Source of the DNA: Somniosus microcephalus
Lineage: Eukaryota
Reading direction: 5' to 3'
Assembly (NCBI GenBank): GCA_052327205.1
Contig: CM126202.1
Span: 77,810,001 to 77,874,000, forward strand
Length of the DNA stretch: 64,000 bases
Shown: one piece after another, positions 35,771-48,270 of the stretch
How the letters are laid out: each line of letters opens with the position of its first letter
How positions within the stretch are numbered: the first letter of the stretch is position 1
Made by a program: the position numbers and the translations under genes
Notes under the pieces: generated by a model
The model's database searches: none
The model's input: the letters and a program-made list of their open reading frames with translations, nothing else
Told to the model about the DNA's origin: nothing

Positions 35771-35945
35771 CAGCTATTGGATCCATAGCTTCCCTATTGC
35801 TTGGAGAATATGAACTTTGCGAGGATGAAAGCCCACCAGTGGAACTGCTAGTAAAGTGCATGTTTGATCTACGAGCACGCGGTCCTCCAAGGCCTCGGCC
35901 AGGATGAAACATCCTACGTACGTGTCGAACACCGCTGGATTCATC
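35771..35945 (-). CDS. KCMF1: KCMF1 internal coding exon (175 bp)
   Basis: Encodes DESSGVRHVRRMFHPGRGLGGPRARRSNMHFTSSSTGGLSSSQSSYSPSNREAMDPIA. The donor is G|gtgagt and the acceptor is AC (U12). Confidence 0.96.
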
Positions 35946-36199
35946 GTAAATAATCATTAAGGAAAAAAAAAATACAAAAGATGGCAAGCAAAATTTCCAA
36001 CTTATTTTAAAATTCTTGAGACTTCTTGCTATTACACCTATTTTCTGCTATGATATAGCAAAACTTTGTTAAAATAAAAACAGTAGAATGCCAGAGGTAA
36101 AGGGTAACAGTAATGCTTGCTTCCAATTCTTCGATAGGTAACATTAATGCTAACTACTTAGGACTCCAACCACTGGTGGCACTGTGACATGAGACGTCT

Positions 36200-36730
36200 A
36201 GGTTTTCTTAATATTCATTCTTGGGGTTGAGTGTCGCTGCCAAGGCTGGCATTTATTACACATCCATGGCTGCCCTTGAGAAGGCGGTGTTGGGCTTTCT
36301 TCTTGAACTGTGTAAGTCTGTGTGGCCAAGGTGCTCCCAGGTAGGAAGTTCCAGGATTTTGAACCAGCAACGATGAAGGAACAGCAATATACGCCCAAAT
36401 CAGGATGGTGTTTTCTTGCAAGTGCTGTCCTTGTAGGCAGTGGAGATCGCGAGCTTGGGAGGTGCTGTCGAAGAAGCCTTAGCAACTTGCTGCAGTGCAT
36501 CCTGTAGATAATACACACTAGCCACAGTGTGCCAGTGATGGAGGGGCGAATGCTTAGGCTAGTGGATGGGGTGCCAACCAAACCAACTGCTTTGTCCTGG
36601 ATGGTGTCGAGCCCCACAAGTGCTCTTGGCACTGCACCTCTCCAGGCAAGTGGAGAGTATGCCATCACACTCCTGATTTGTGTCTTGTAGATGATGGAAA
36701 GGCTCTGGAGAGGCAGCTGGGGAGTCACTC
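36200..36730 (-). mobile_element. LINE family B 3' fragment (diverged)
   Basis: SLSIIYKTQIRSVMAYSPLAW plus the family tail. Confidence 0.8.
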
Positions 36731-36972
36731 ACCATTTTGGCCTATTATAACAAACAGGTAAAAGACCTATCCTCCAACTAACTGTAAGCAAGGCTATTAA
36801 GAAATTCACTAATATTTATAAAAAGGCTAAATTGCTCGATGAGTTTTCTCATTATAAAAATAAACAAGTATCTGATACACCCAACAAGATTATAGGAATA
36901 CTTGACATTGCAATCATCTTACTGCAAAAATATCAATACAATGCAAGAACATTGTCTTGTTGTCATACTTAT

Positions 36973-37270
36973 TGTGCCAGCTTGGCTCAGTTGGTAACAC
37001 TATTGTCAGATGGTTGTGGGTTGAAGTCTGACAGCAGAGCATGGGCGCATAATCTAGGCTAATATTTTAGCGTGGTACTGAAGGGGTGCTGCATTGCTGG
37101 AGGTTAGGATGTTTAACCAAAGTTCAGTCTTTCTGTTCCAGTGACTCAGATGGGCAATAAATATCCCAGAGTACTATTTGAACAACAGCAGGGAACTTTC
37201 CCTACATTCTGGCAAAAAAGGAGTTCTTCCTACGTTCACCAATACCACCTAAAAATAGTCATCCCATGTT
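36973..37270 (+). mobile_element. Degenerate Deu-domain SINE
   Basis: gccagcttggctcagttggta head, followed by aatctaggct...gtggtactgaaggggtgctgca. Confidence 0.6.
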
Positions 37271-37991
37271 GCTAGCAGAGGGAAAGGTGAAGATACCATG
37301 CCAGGCTGAGGCTGTATGCCACATCAGCGGGCCACACATTATATATTAAAAATGTTGCAAACTTCTTCTAAGTGTCACAGTTGCACTTTCCCATCAGACC
37401 CCCGTTACAAAACAGCGTCACCATGAGCAATCCCACTGGTTATATGTGTGTGTCTGTGGTGCGCATGCGCCTGTCTGTCTGTGTGTCTGTCTGTCCGTGT
37501 GTTTGGACTTTTGGTATAAAAACCCCACCCTAAATGTGGGACAATAAAGTTAAAAAGATGCCCCCACTTCACATGAAGAAATACCCCTGGTATTTATTCA
37601 TCTACTTGCCAAGGAAAATGCTACTTTCCAGGGACCAATCTGACTGCACTCTGTCTGTCTGTCTGGATCTCTTCAAACTTCATTTCAAATTCTTCCAGTG
37701 TAGGTGCAACCTCCTTGCAACAGCACAATCTGACTCACAAGCAATGTCCAAATACCTCACCCAAGAGCTATTTGTTATGCATGAGCTTGGATTGAAAAAG
37801 TGCTGGTGGACCATATGACACCAGGGAGCATCACATCCCAAACGGGCTCTGCTGTCAACTAACATCCATACAAGCATTTCCAACAGGTACAAAATTCCCT
37901 GCGCAAGTGATGCTGGGGCTAATTGTAGCTACAACTGTATAATTCAGCACAGACCAGGATCTAACCTGGGATTGTGGCACTGAACCATGTC

Positions 37992-38352
37992 TTTTTTTTA
38001 AAATACGTTCCTGGGATGTGGGCGTCACTGGCAAGGCTAGCATTTATTGCCCATCCCCAATTGTCCTCCAGTAGGTGGTGGTGAGCCGCCTTAATGAACC
38101 GCTGCAGTCCTTGTGGTGAAGGTACTCCCACAGTGCTGTTAGGGAGTGAGGGCCAGGATTTTGACCCAGTGATGATGAAAGAACGGCGATATATTTCCAA
38201 GTCAAGATGGTGTGTAACTTGGAGGTGATGGTGTTCCCATGCGCCGGCTGCTCATGTCCTTCTAGCTGGTAGAGGTCTTTGGATTTGGGAGGTGCTGCTG
38301 AAAAAGCCTTGGTGAGTTGCTACAGTGTATCTTGTAGATGGTACACACTGTA
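37992..38352 (-). mobile_element. LINE family B 3' fragment
   Basis: Family tail and 3' UTR sequence. Confidence 0.85.
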
Positions 38353-38677
38353 GTGTATTAATCCAATGAACTAGCTTGATTTTTAATTTTAAAAAAGTTT
38401 TCAAGCAGGAGGTAAAGCTTCAATAGTCAAGCTATTGCTATAATGATCCTAGGAGGGTGTAGATCTTCTCTGTCGAGTTGTAAACACCTGCAGATAGAAC
38501 AAACCTAAACCACTTAGCAAGAGTATAAACAGTTGAACCAAGTAGCAGCCCTGCAGATGCTACCTAAGTAACCATGTACTGTAATGACCTTTGACCTTAC
38601 AAGAGTTCCATACTCACTAGGTGACAGTATGCAAAATGCATTAAGCAATATTTGTTGTGCTATGGTAGCACCATATA

Positions 38678-39569
38678 CAGGAAACTCTCTTTTAACCGGC
38701 ACCTAAATAACCAGAAATCTCTCTTAACCGGCAAAATTCAGGAGTAGGTTCCGGTAAGTTTTACTTTATATTAGTGGCCGTGTAACCGGGGTTCCTGGAT
38801 CTGTGGCCGTGTAACCGGGGTTCCTGCACCTGTTGCCATGCAACAGGGACTCCTGGATCTGTGGCCGTGTAACCGGGACTCCTGCACAAGTGCCCTGTAA
38901 CCGGGGTTCCTGGATCTGTGGCCGTGTAACCAGGACTCCTGCACAAGTGCCCTGTAACCGGGGTTCCTGGCTCTGTGGCCATGTAACCGGGGTTCCTGCA
39001 CCTGTTGCCATGCAACAGGGACTCCTGGATCTGTGGCCGTGTAACCGGGACTCCTGCACAAGTGCCCTGTAACCGGGGTTCCTGGATCTGTGGCCGTGTA
39101 ACTGGGACTCCTGCACAAGTGCCCTGTAACCGGGGTTCCTGCACCTGTTGCCATGCAACAGGGACTCCTGGATCTGTGGCCGTGTAACTGGGACTCCTGC
39201 ACAAGTGCCCTGTAACCGGGGTTCCTGGATCTGTGGCCGTGTAACCGGGACTCCTGCACAAGTGCCCTGTAACCGGGGTTCCTGGATCTGTGGCCGTGTA
39301 ACTGGGACTCCTGCACAAGTGCCCTGTAACCGGGGTTCCTGGATCTGTGGCCGTGTAACCGGGACTCCTGCACAAGTGCCCTGTAACCGGGGTTCCTGGA
39401 TCTGTGGCCGTGTAACTGGGACTCCTGCACAAGTGCCCTGTAACCAGGGCTCCTGCACCTGTGGCCGTGTATGGGGCTCTCGTACCTTAGTAAGTATACC
39501 TCTCTGTAATCCGGACTTTTTGATCAACCGGCACCACGCCGTTGGTGCCGGATAAAAAAGAGTTTCCTG
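38678..39569. mobile_element. Tigger-like MITE family A with expanded internal minisatellite
   Basis: TA|CAGGAAACTCT...AGAGTTTCCTG|TA, with ends homologous to 44891-45243. The interior (~38780-39470) consists of 28-29-bp subunits. Confidence 0.93.
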
Positions 39570-40029
39570 TACAAGCATCCTGTAGGATCCGAATGGCTGG
39601 AAGGAGAGAAAAATTTATTACGTAAAGATACCAGATCAAACCCCTAATAAGATTCATAACAAACTGTTTGTTGCAAATGAGACGAAGTTACACCATCACC
39701 TCTGGGTGGAATTTATGATGAGACCCAACAGTTCAAGCATCAAGTACAGCTTTAAAATGGACTAATAACTTCAGACCTTAACTATAGCTCCCATTTTCTC
39801 ACTGATGAGAAGTGCTGGTAATGTGGGATGGGTGTTCCAGTGTTTCCAGAGATGGAGATAAGGAGCGGATGCTACTTGGGCTCAGAATCAGTTCAGTTCC
39901 CAATGTCTGAAGTTCACTAGCAACCCTGGGTGAAACCAGTGCTCCATCAAGAACAGTCTTGGACATGAGAAATGTTACAGATTCAAGATAGGGAATGAAT
40001 TACAAAGCTGAATCCCAAAGAAGAGAAAA

Positions 40030-40470
40030 GAAAGGAAGACAGACTTCCATTTATATAGCACCTTTCACAACATCAGGACATTCTAAAGCGTTTTAAAGCC
40101 AGTGAAGTACCTTTGAAGTGGTCACTGCTGTAATGTAGAAAACACAGCAACCAATTTGCACACCGCAATCTCCCACAAACAGGAATGTGATAATGACCAG
40201 ATAATCTGTTTAAGTGATGCTGGAGGAGGGATAAATATTGGCCAGGACCCCCATTATTCTTCAAAATAGCGCCATGGAATCTTTCTGCATCCACCTGGGT
40301 TGGGAGACAGGCCTCAGTTTAACGTGTCACAGCACCTTCGACAGTGCAGCACTCCCTCAGTACTGCACAGGAGTGTCAGCCTAGATTTTTGTGCTCAAGT
40401 CTCTGGAGCGGGATTGAACCCACAACTTTCTGACTCATAGGCGAAAGTGCTACCAACTGAGCCACAGCGG
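40030..40470 (-). mobile_element. Deu-domain SINE, near full length
   Basis: Reverse-complement homologue of 27399-27832, with box A (tggctcagttgg) and box B (ggttcaatccc). Confidence 0.85.
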
Positions 40471-40739
40471 AGATGAAAGGAAATGAGTTAGATTCAACTT
40501 CAAAGTCCATTTCATAAACTAAACTATAAAAGAGATGATCCGCAAGAGAAAATCTTTGAAAAGCGAGAGAAGTACTGAGATATCAATCTGAATAAGGCTC
40601 CTCCTTGATAAGAGTTCAGCAAATGTTGAATATGCTCCAAAATTAAAAATTGCACAGCAGATACAGAATACTGGAGGAACTCCAGATATTTATTCAATAT
40701 ATCATCATGTGCTTCATTCGTGAAATGTACACACACACA

Positions 40740-41716
40740 AGATCTAGACAAGGGAACTAGATGTAATATCACCAAGTTTGCAGACGACACAAAGCTGGGT
40801 GGGCGTGTGTGCTGTGAGGAGGATGCAGAGAAACTCCAGTATGATTTGGACAGGTTGGGTGATCATACTGCATTTGCCATGCATCTGCCCAATGTGGATA
40901 AATGCGAGGTTATCCACTTCGGTGGCAAAAACAGGAAGACAGTTTATTATCTGAACGGCAATAGATTGGGAGAAGGGGAAGTGCAAAGAGACCTGGGTGT
41001 CCTTGTGCACCAGTCGCTGAAGGTAAGCATGCAGGTGCAGCAGGCGGTTAAGAAGGCAAATGGTATGTTGGCCTTCATAGTGAGAGGATTCGAGTACAGG
41101 AGCAAGGATGTCTTGCTGCAGTTGTACAGGGCCTTGGTGAGACCACACCTTGAGTATTGTGTACAGTTTTGGTCACCTTATCTGAGGAAGGATGTTCTTG
41201 CCATGGAGGGAGTGCAGTGAAGATTCACCAGACTGATACCTGGGATGGCAGGAATGACGTATGAGGAGAGATTGGGTCGATTAGGCTTATATCCGCTAGA
41301 GTTTAGAAGAATGAGAGGGGATCTCATTGAAACTTATAAAATTCTAACGGGACTAGACAGACTAGATGCAGGAAGGATGTTCCTGATGGCGGGGGAGTCC
41401 AGAACCAGGGGTCACAGTCTAAGGATAAGGGGTAAGCCATTTAGGACTGAGATGGAGAAGGAATTTCTTCACCCAGAGAGTGGTGAACCTGTGGAATTCT
41501 CTGCCACACAGGGCAGTTGAGGCCAATTCATTAAATATATTCAAGAAGGAGTTGGATATATTTCTTGAGGCTAAAGGGATCAAGGGATATGGGGAGAAAG
41601 CAGGGACAGGGTACTGAATTTGGATGATCAGCCATGATCACATGAAATGGTGGAGAGGGCTCAAGGGGCCGAATGGCCTACTTCTGCTCCTATCTTCTAC
41701 GTCTATGTTTCTATGT
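40740..41716 (+). mobile_element. CR1 LINE 3' portion
   Basis: KFADDTKLGG, RPHLEYCVQFWSPY and a ctatgtttctatg tail. Confidence 0.93.
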
Positions 41717-42059
41717 TAACAATCAGGAGCAAGAACCATGGCTGCTTTTGCCTTCTTTAAGCAAGGGGCAATGAGCCTGTGAGGCCAATTGTAGGACCCC
41801 TTATCACTGCCTCAGCAGAGATCAGCAGAGTCAGAACAGATTGTAAGATTGAACCTGGTGCCTTCTTGGTCTTTATGGCGCAGCTAAAAGCTGTATAATG
41901 GCAGGGCCATCAAGTGAACCTTATTTCTCTATTGCTCAATACCTGGATGCCAGAGGACCACAGCTTTCGTGGGCATCATGAGGTTAGCAGAATGACTATT
42001 GTGCTCTCCGCCAATTGCTGTTGCACCCCAGGAATCAGTTGAAACAAGTGGGAAAAATA

Positions 42060-44833
42060 ACGTGGATGAGGGGACCAAGTGTAATCAATCCAAGTTTTCT
42101 GACGATACCAAAGTTAGGTGGGAAAGTAAGCTGTATGGAGGATGTAAAGATGTTGCAAAGGGATATAGAGAGGTTAAGTGAGTGGGCAAGAACATGACAG
42201 ATGGAATATAACATGGAGAAGTTGTGAAGTTATCCACTTTGGTAGGAAAAATAGAAAAGCAGAATATTTTTTTTAAATGGAGAGAGATTGGGAAATGTTG
42301 TTATTCAGAGAGACCTGGGTGTCCTTGCACATGAATCACTTAAAGTTAACATGCAGGTACAACAAACAATTAGGAAAGCAAATGGTATGTTAGCCTTTAA
42401 AGGGATTGGAGTACAAGAGTAAAGAGTGGCATAAAAATAAAACAAAAAAGGTGACTCAACCGTGGCTAACAAGGGAAATTAGGGATAGCATAAGATCCAA
42501 GGAGAGGACATATAAATTGGCCAGAAAAAGCAGTAAACCTGAGGATTGGGAGCAGTTTAGGATTCAACAAAGGAGGACAAAGGGATTAATTACAAAGGGG
42601 GGAAATAGAATATGAGAGTAAGCTTGCAGGGAACATAAAAACTGACTGTAAAAGCTTTTATAGATATGTGATGAGAAAAAGATTGGTGAAGTCAAGCGTA
42701 GGTCCCTTGCAGTCAGAATCAGGAGAATTTATAATGGGGAACAAAGAAATGGCAGACCAATTAAATACATATTTTGGTTCTGTCTTCAAAAGGAGGACAC
42801 AAATAACCTTCCAGAGATGTCTGGGAACATAGGGTTTGATGAAGGGGAGGAACTGAAAGAAATCAGTATTTGTAAGGAAATGGTGTTAAGGAAATTGATG
42901 GGACTGAAGGCCGATAAATCCCCAGGGCCTGATAATCTACATCCTAGGGTACTTAAGGGAGTGGCCCTAGAAATAGTAGATGCATTGCTGATCATCTTCC
43001 AACATTCGATAGAATCTGGAACAGTACCCATGGATTGGAGGGTTGCTAATATTACCCCACTATTCAAAAAAGGTGGTAGGGAGAAAACGGGGAATTATAG
43101 ACTGGTAAGCCTGACATTGGTAGTGGGGAAAATGCTAGAGTCCATTATAAAAGATATAATAGCAGAGCACTTGGAAAACAGTGACAGGATCGGACAAAGT
43201 CAACATGGATTCACAAAAGGTAAATCGTGCTTGACTAATCTACTGGAATTTTTTGAGAATGTAACTGGTAAAATAGATACGGGAGAACCAGTGGATGTGG
43301 TATATTTGGAACTTTCAGAAGGCTTTCGATAAGGTTCTGCATAAGAGATTAGCGTGTAAAGTTAAGGCACATGGGATTGGGGGCAAGGTATTGACTTGGA
43401 TAGAAAACTGGTTGGCAGACAGAAAGCAAAGAGTTAGAATAAACGGGTCTTTTTCCAAATGGTATGTTGGCCTTTGTAGCGAGAGGGTTTGAGTACAGGA
43501 ACAAGGTTGTATTGCTGCAGTTGTACAGGGCCTTGGTGAGACCACACCTTGAGTATTGTGTGCAGTTTTGGTCGCCTTATCTGAGGAAGGATGTTCTTGC
43601 CATGGAAGGAGTTCAGCGAAGATTTACCAGGCTGATACCTGGGATGGCAGGAATGACGTATGAGGAGAGATTAGGTCGATTGGGCTTGTACTCGCTGGAG
43701 TTTAGAGGAATGAGAGGGGATCTCATTGAAACTTATAAAATTCTGACAGGACTGGACAGATTAGTTGCAGGAAGGATGTTCCCGATGGTCGGGGCGTCCA
43801 GGACCAGGGGTCACAGTCTAAGGATAAGGGGTAGGCCATTTAGGACAAGAATGAGGAGGAATTTCTTCACCCAGAGAGTGGTGAACCTGTGGAATTCTCT
43901 ACCACAGAAGGCAGTAGAGGCCAATTCATTAAATATATTCAAGAAGGAGTTGGATATATTTCTTAAGGCTAAAGGGATCAAGGGGTATGGGGTGAAAGCA
44001 GGGACCGGGTACTGAATTTGGATGATCAGCCATGATCGCATTGAATGGCGGAGCAGGCTCGAAGGGCCGAATGGCCTACTCCTGCTCCTATCTTCTATGT
44101 TTCTAAGTCTTACTACAACTATATAGGGCCTTGGTGAGTACTGTGTACAGTTTTGGATTTCTTACCTAAGGATACAGTTGCCTTAGAGGGAATGCAATGA
44201 AGGTTCACTAGACTAACTCCTGGGATGAGGGAATTGTCCTTTGAGGAGAGAGTGAGGAGACTAGGCCTATATTCCAAAGCGTTTAGAAGAATGAGAGGTG
44301 ATCTCATTGAAACGTATAAAATTCTTAAGGGGCTTTGCAGGGTGATGCTGGGAGGATGTTTCCCTGGCTGTGGAGACTAGAACTAGGGGGTCACAGTCTC
44401 AGAATAGGGGATCGGCCATTTAGGACTGAGATGAGGAGAAATTTCTTCACCCAGAGGGTTGTGAATCTTTGGAATTCTCTACCCCAGACAGCTGTAGATG
44501 CTCAGTTGTTGTGTATATTCAAGACAGAGATCGATATATTTTTGGATACTAAGGGAACCAAGGGATATGGGGATAGTGCGGGAAGGTGGAGTTGAGGTAG
44601 AAGATCAGCCATAATCTTATTGAATGGCAGAGCAGGCTCGAAGAGCCAAACGGTCTACTCCTACTCAATGTTTCCCTTAATTTTTTTTTGGATGTGCGGC
44701 GCATTCATAGTTTCCCGCATGCACAAAATTTAACATGGGAAAAGCCAGTCCAGGGTTACGCAGGACCAGCAGACAGCTACGCGGCCACACAGGTTAGAGG
44801 GAACATTGCCCCTGCTCCTATTTCTTATGTTCT
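42060..44833 (+). mobile_element. Nested CR1s: outer copy 42060-42428 and 44106-44833; inner copy ~42429-44105 with an internal deletion at ~43460
   Basis: The outer copy breaks at EYKSKE and resumes with VLLQLYRAL after the inner tail. The inner copy jumps from INGSFSK to NGMLAF. Confidence 0.88.
44666..44808. mobile_element. hAT-type MITE in a CR1 tail
   Basis: TIRs caatgtttcccttaa / ttagagggaacattg. The 8-bp TSD ctcctact / cccctgct derives from host ctcctgct. Confidence 0.75.
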
Positions 44834-44890
44834 TAAAAAATGACCCAGAGAACCTAAACTGCAATGCAGGGATATTTGCTTTGTCTTATA

Positions 44891-45243
44891 CAGGAAACTC
44901 TCTTTTAACCGGCACCTAAATATCCAGAAACCTCTCAACCAGCAAAATTCAGGAGTAGGTTCAGGTAAGTTTTACTATATATTAGTGGCCGTGTAACCGG
45001 GGTTCCTGGAACTGTGGCTGTGTAACCGGGGTTCCTGCACCTGTGGCCGTGCAACAGGGACTCCTGGATCTGTGGCCGTGTAACCGGGACTCTTGCACAA
45101 GTGCCGAGTAACCGGGGCTCCTGCACCTGTGCCCGTGTACGGGGCTCTCGTACCTTGGTAAGTGTACCTCTCTGTAATCCGGACTTTTTGATCAACCGGC
45201 ACCACGCCGGTCCCGTCGGTGCTGGATAAAAAAGAGTTTCCTG
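44891..45243. mobile_element. Tigger-like MITE family A
   Basis: TA|CAGGAAACTCT...AGAGTTTCCTG|TA. Confidence 0.92.
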
Positions 45244-45629
45244 TAGAATGCTTTGGTTGAGGTTGTCTATTGCCTTATGCCTGGGATAACTTTGAGATTA
45301 AAGTTATGCACTTTATACCATAAATTCCTCTAACAGCCCAGTGACTTTTGCCATTCAACAGTGGTTTGGCAATTGCTCTTAATGTCTTCTGGCAGGCTAG
45401 AGCTAAACAATCATGCATGACAGCAAAGTAGGGCATCTAGGGCAGTATAACTTGATTCAACATCATAGGTGTGCACTGCAGCAGCAGGGTTGGAACCAGG
45501 GTGACTATCATCTGTCAAGAATTGAGAGTATGGATTGAACTGGAGTCATTCTTTAGTGTGTGAAACCCATTCAGTAAGCTGGGTAATAACCAATTATCCA
45601 TGCAACTGACAGGTTGTGAATGAATCCGC

Positions 45630-46070
45630 TGACTTAACATTGGCAAAAATAAAGCAATACTATTCAGCTCCCAACAAAAATTTTACCTGCTAACCCTCCA
45701 CTCCAACCTCCTACTTAGTTGAGCTCAGGATGAACTCAACAGTGCTCACCCTCGATGTCCCGTTTGACCCGGAGCTGAACTTTAAATTACGTAACCTATT
45801 CCCACCTCCACAACATCACCCACCTCCACTCTTACTTCACTTTGATCATCAGTGAAACCCTCTTTCACATAGTTGTCACCTCCAGACTCAACTTATGCTG
45901 CTCGCTGGTCTCTTGTGCACCACCCAACATAACTCCCACTTGTCCAAAGCTCTGCTGCCTGCATCCTATTCCAAAGTCCCACTCCCCTATCATCACTATT
46001 CTCGTCAACCTCCATTGGCACCTCATCCTCAAATGCACTGAATTTAAAATCCTCATTTATAAATCTCTTG
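45630..46070 (+). mobile_element. Decayed L2 LINE fragment
   Basis: ETLFHIVVTSRL...IITILVNLHW resembles the L2 ORF2 C-terminal region. Confidence 0.55.
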
Positions 46071-47030
46071 GAGCATTTACGAGAGTAAAAATTTATATAT
46101 ATTTGCAAGTATTTCTTGTTGATGTCAGGGAAGACGTAGCTCTCAAATGATGTTAACATATGACTGTGCTCAAACAAGTCCAGAGCTGTAGCAGATCAAT
46201 GAGCAATACATGAAGGTAACAACGTTATATGCAGCTTGTCTTGCACCAAGTTAACACAGGTTCCAGAAATCAGAGGATGTGGGCTCTGAAGAGGACCATT
46301 TGGGACGGGTGGGGAGTGGGAAGGACGGGGGTAGAGAGGGGCTTCAGGTGAACTTAACTAATATATTCTGAGGACTCCCAGAGTTAAATTGCACAGCTAT
46401 GCTATCTCTCAGAATTGCAAATGATCAACTGATGCAGCCTCTCTGAGTTATTCACACAGGGTCTTTAATGAAGAATGACAACATGTCTTAATTAAGTTTA
46501 GATTTAATAACTTCTTGAGAAATACAAATTGCATTAATGTGTCGGAAGAGGACGACAGCGATACAATAGCTGACACCCGGGGTGGGGGGGGAAAACAGTC
46601 TTTGATTGAAAGAGGCATGTGGAAGATACCCTTATATCACCAAGTCAAAAATTTCATAAAGGGGTATCCTTCTCTCAATACTCTCAACTGGCAGCTTCTG
46701 TTGATCCAATCAATTGTGCAAAATGCTAAAATGAACTGCCTCTTAAACACATACAGTAATGGGATGGTGTATTACTATTTCCTCAAATAAAAAGTCATGG
46801 TAGATTACAAAAATTCAACACCACAGTGGCATGAGCAATCTGCATTCAATACAAATGCTATTGAGTTGACTTCTTTACTCCACTGTATCACCATCTCATT
46901 GAAAAACTAGACCATGAACCATTCCCTTTTTAAAATCACTTCCATAAATCTTTGTGGCACAGGATACACAACTATGAATTTTCCTTTTGGCACTTTCAGG
47001 TAGCTGAATGTTAGACTCTTAAAAGGATAT

Positions 47031-47132
47031 TAAATCTCTAGGAGCCCTGTGTTCAAGTGTAAGATGAGCTGCAAAGTCGTCCGTGACATGATTAGGATCT
47101 CCTCCAGGTAATGCTGCACAAATTGGACAAAC
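47031..47132 (-). CDS. KCMF1: KCMF1 internal coding exon (102 bp; not in ORF track)
   Basis: ttacag|GTT TGT CCA ATT TGT... encodes VCPICAALPGGDPNHVTDDFAAHLTLEHRAPRDL (C2H2/Di19-like zinc finger). Confidence 0.96.
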
Positions 47133-47970
47133 CTGTAATATATTAAAAGAAGTAAGTTTAATGATCGCTTCTAATTACGACAAAATCTAAAAGTTCAGAC
47201 AAATGAGGGTAACTAAGAATTGGGAAGGGGAAATAAAGAAAGCCGTACTCTGAGTATACACAAATAGGAGCTGAACTCTACCCTTAGAAGTACAAAAAAA
47301 AGAACAGTAAGCCCAATTCTGAAGAAGAGTCCTTCCCAAAACTATTTTATTTTTCTCTTTCAGATACTGACTGGCTGTATATTTGTTTCTATTTCAGTGA
47401 GCATAATATGGAGTCACACTTCACCCTAGTGCCACATGACAGGACACAGAAATTGGTTTTGTTACTGACCAGAGGAAAACAAGGAGCCATGGACGCAAAC
47501 AACCTTGGAATCTATTGTAAAATCTAATGACCAGAGCATGCAGAAAAACATTGGTAACAAAAATGTTTTTTCCCTGAAGGATGTATTTAAAAAATAACCA
47601 AATGGTCACTAAACAATTAAAATATTACCAGGTGAAATCTCCAACTTGTGCATTTCTTAAAAAAATATCCTGGAGGCAGAAAGGTACATACCATTAAGGC
47701 AGTTCTGAAAGCTACCCCACCTGGAATGTTGGAGAACAGAGTCTCCATGTAGCCAGGTAAATTACAGGGTGAAAAGTTGGAATGGGCTGGAGGTGGGAGC
47801 AAGAAAAAAGGGTGTGAGCACGAGAGAAAGAAAAAGAGGGACATATGAGATCGACAGTCACCAGGTGCAAGTACCCAGCCTCTGCAAAAAACCAGAAAAA
47901 TAACAACCATGATCAGGAGGCCAACATCAAGTAAGTGAACTTATCAAAAGTATATAGCTTATCCACTTTC

Positions 47971-48270
47971 TTTTTATTATTCGTTCATGGAATGTGGGCG
48001 TCTCTGGCAAGTCCAGCATTTATTGCCCATCCCTAATTGCCCTCGAGAAGGTGTTGATGAGCTGCCTTCTTGAACTGCTGCAGTCCGTGTGGTGACGGTA
48101 CTCCCACAGTATAGGAAGTTCCAAGGTTTTGACCCAGCGGCGATGAAGGAACGGTGATATATTTCCAAGTCAGGATGATGTGTAACTTGGAGGCGATAAT
48201 ATTCCCATGCACCTGCTGCCCTTGTCCTTCTAGGTGGTAGAGGTCGCGGGTTTGGGAGGTGCTGCCAAAG
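47971..48270 (-). mobile_element. LINE family B 3' fragment
   Basis: Family tail sequence. Confidence 0.85.

Larger units (their letters stand above)
35946..47030 (-). other. KCMF1: U12-type (minor spliceosome) AT-AC intron of KCMF1, 11085 bp
   Basis: 5' site ATATCCTTTT (47030-47021), branch site TTTTCCTTAAT (35966-35956) and terminal AC (35947-35946). Splicing gives in-frame ...APRDL|DESSG. Confidence 0.95.

Noticed and set aside
38761-39578. ORFs of 219-270 aa in three frames
   Set aside because: They are by-products of a stop-free minisatellite inside a MITE.
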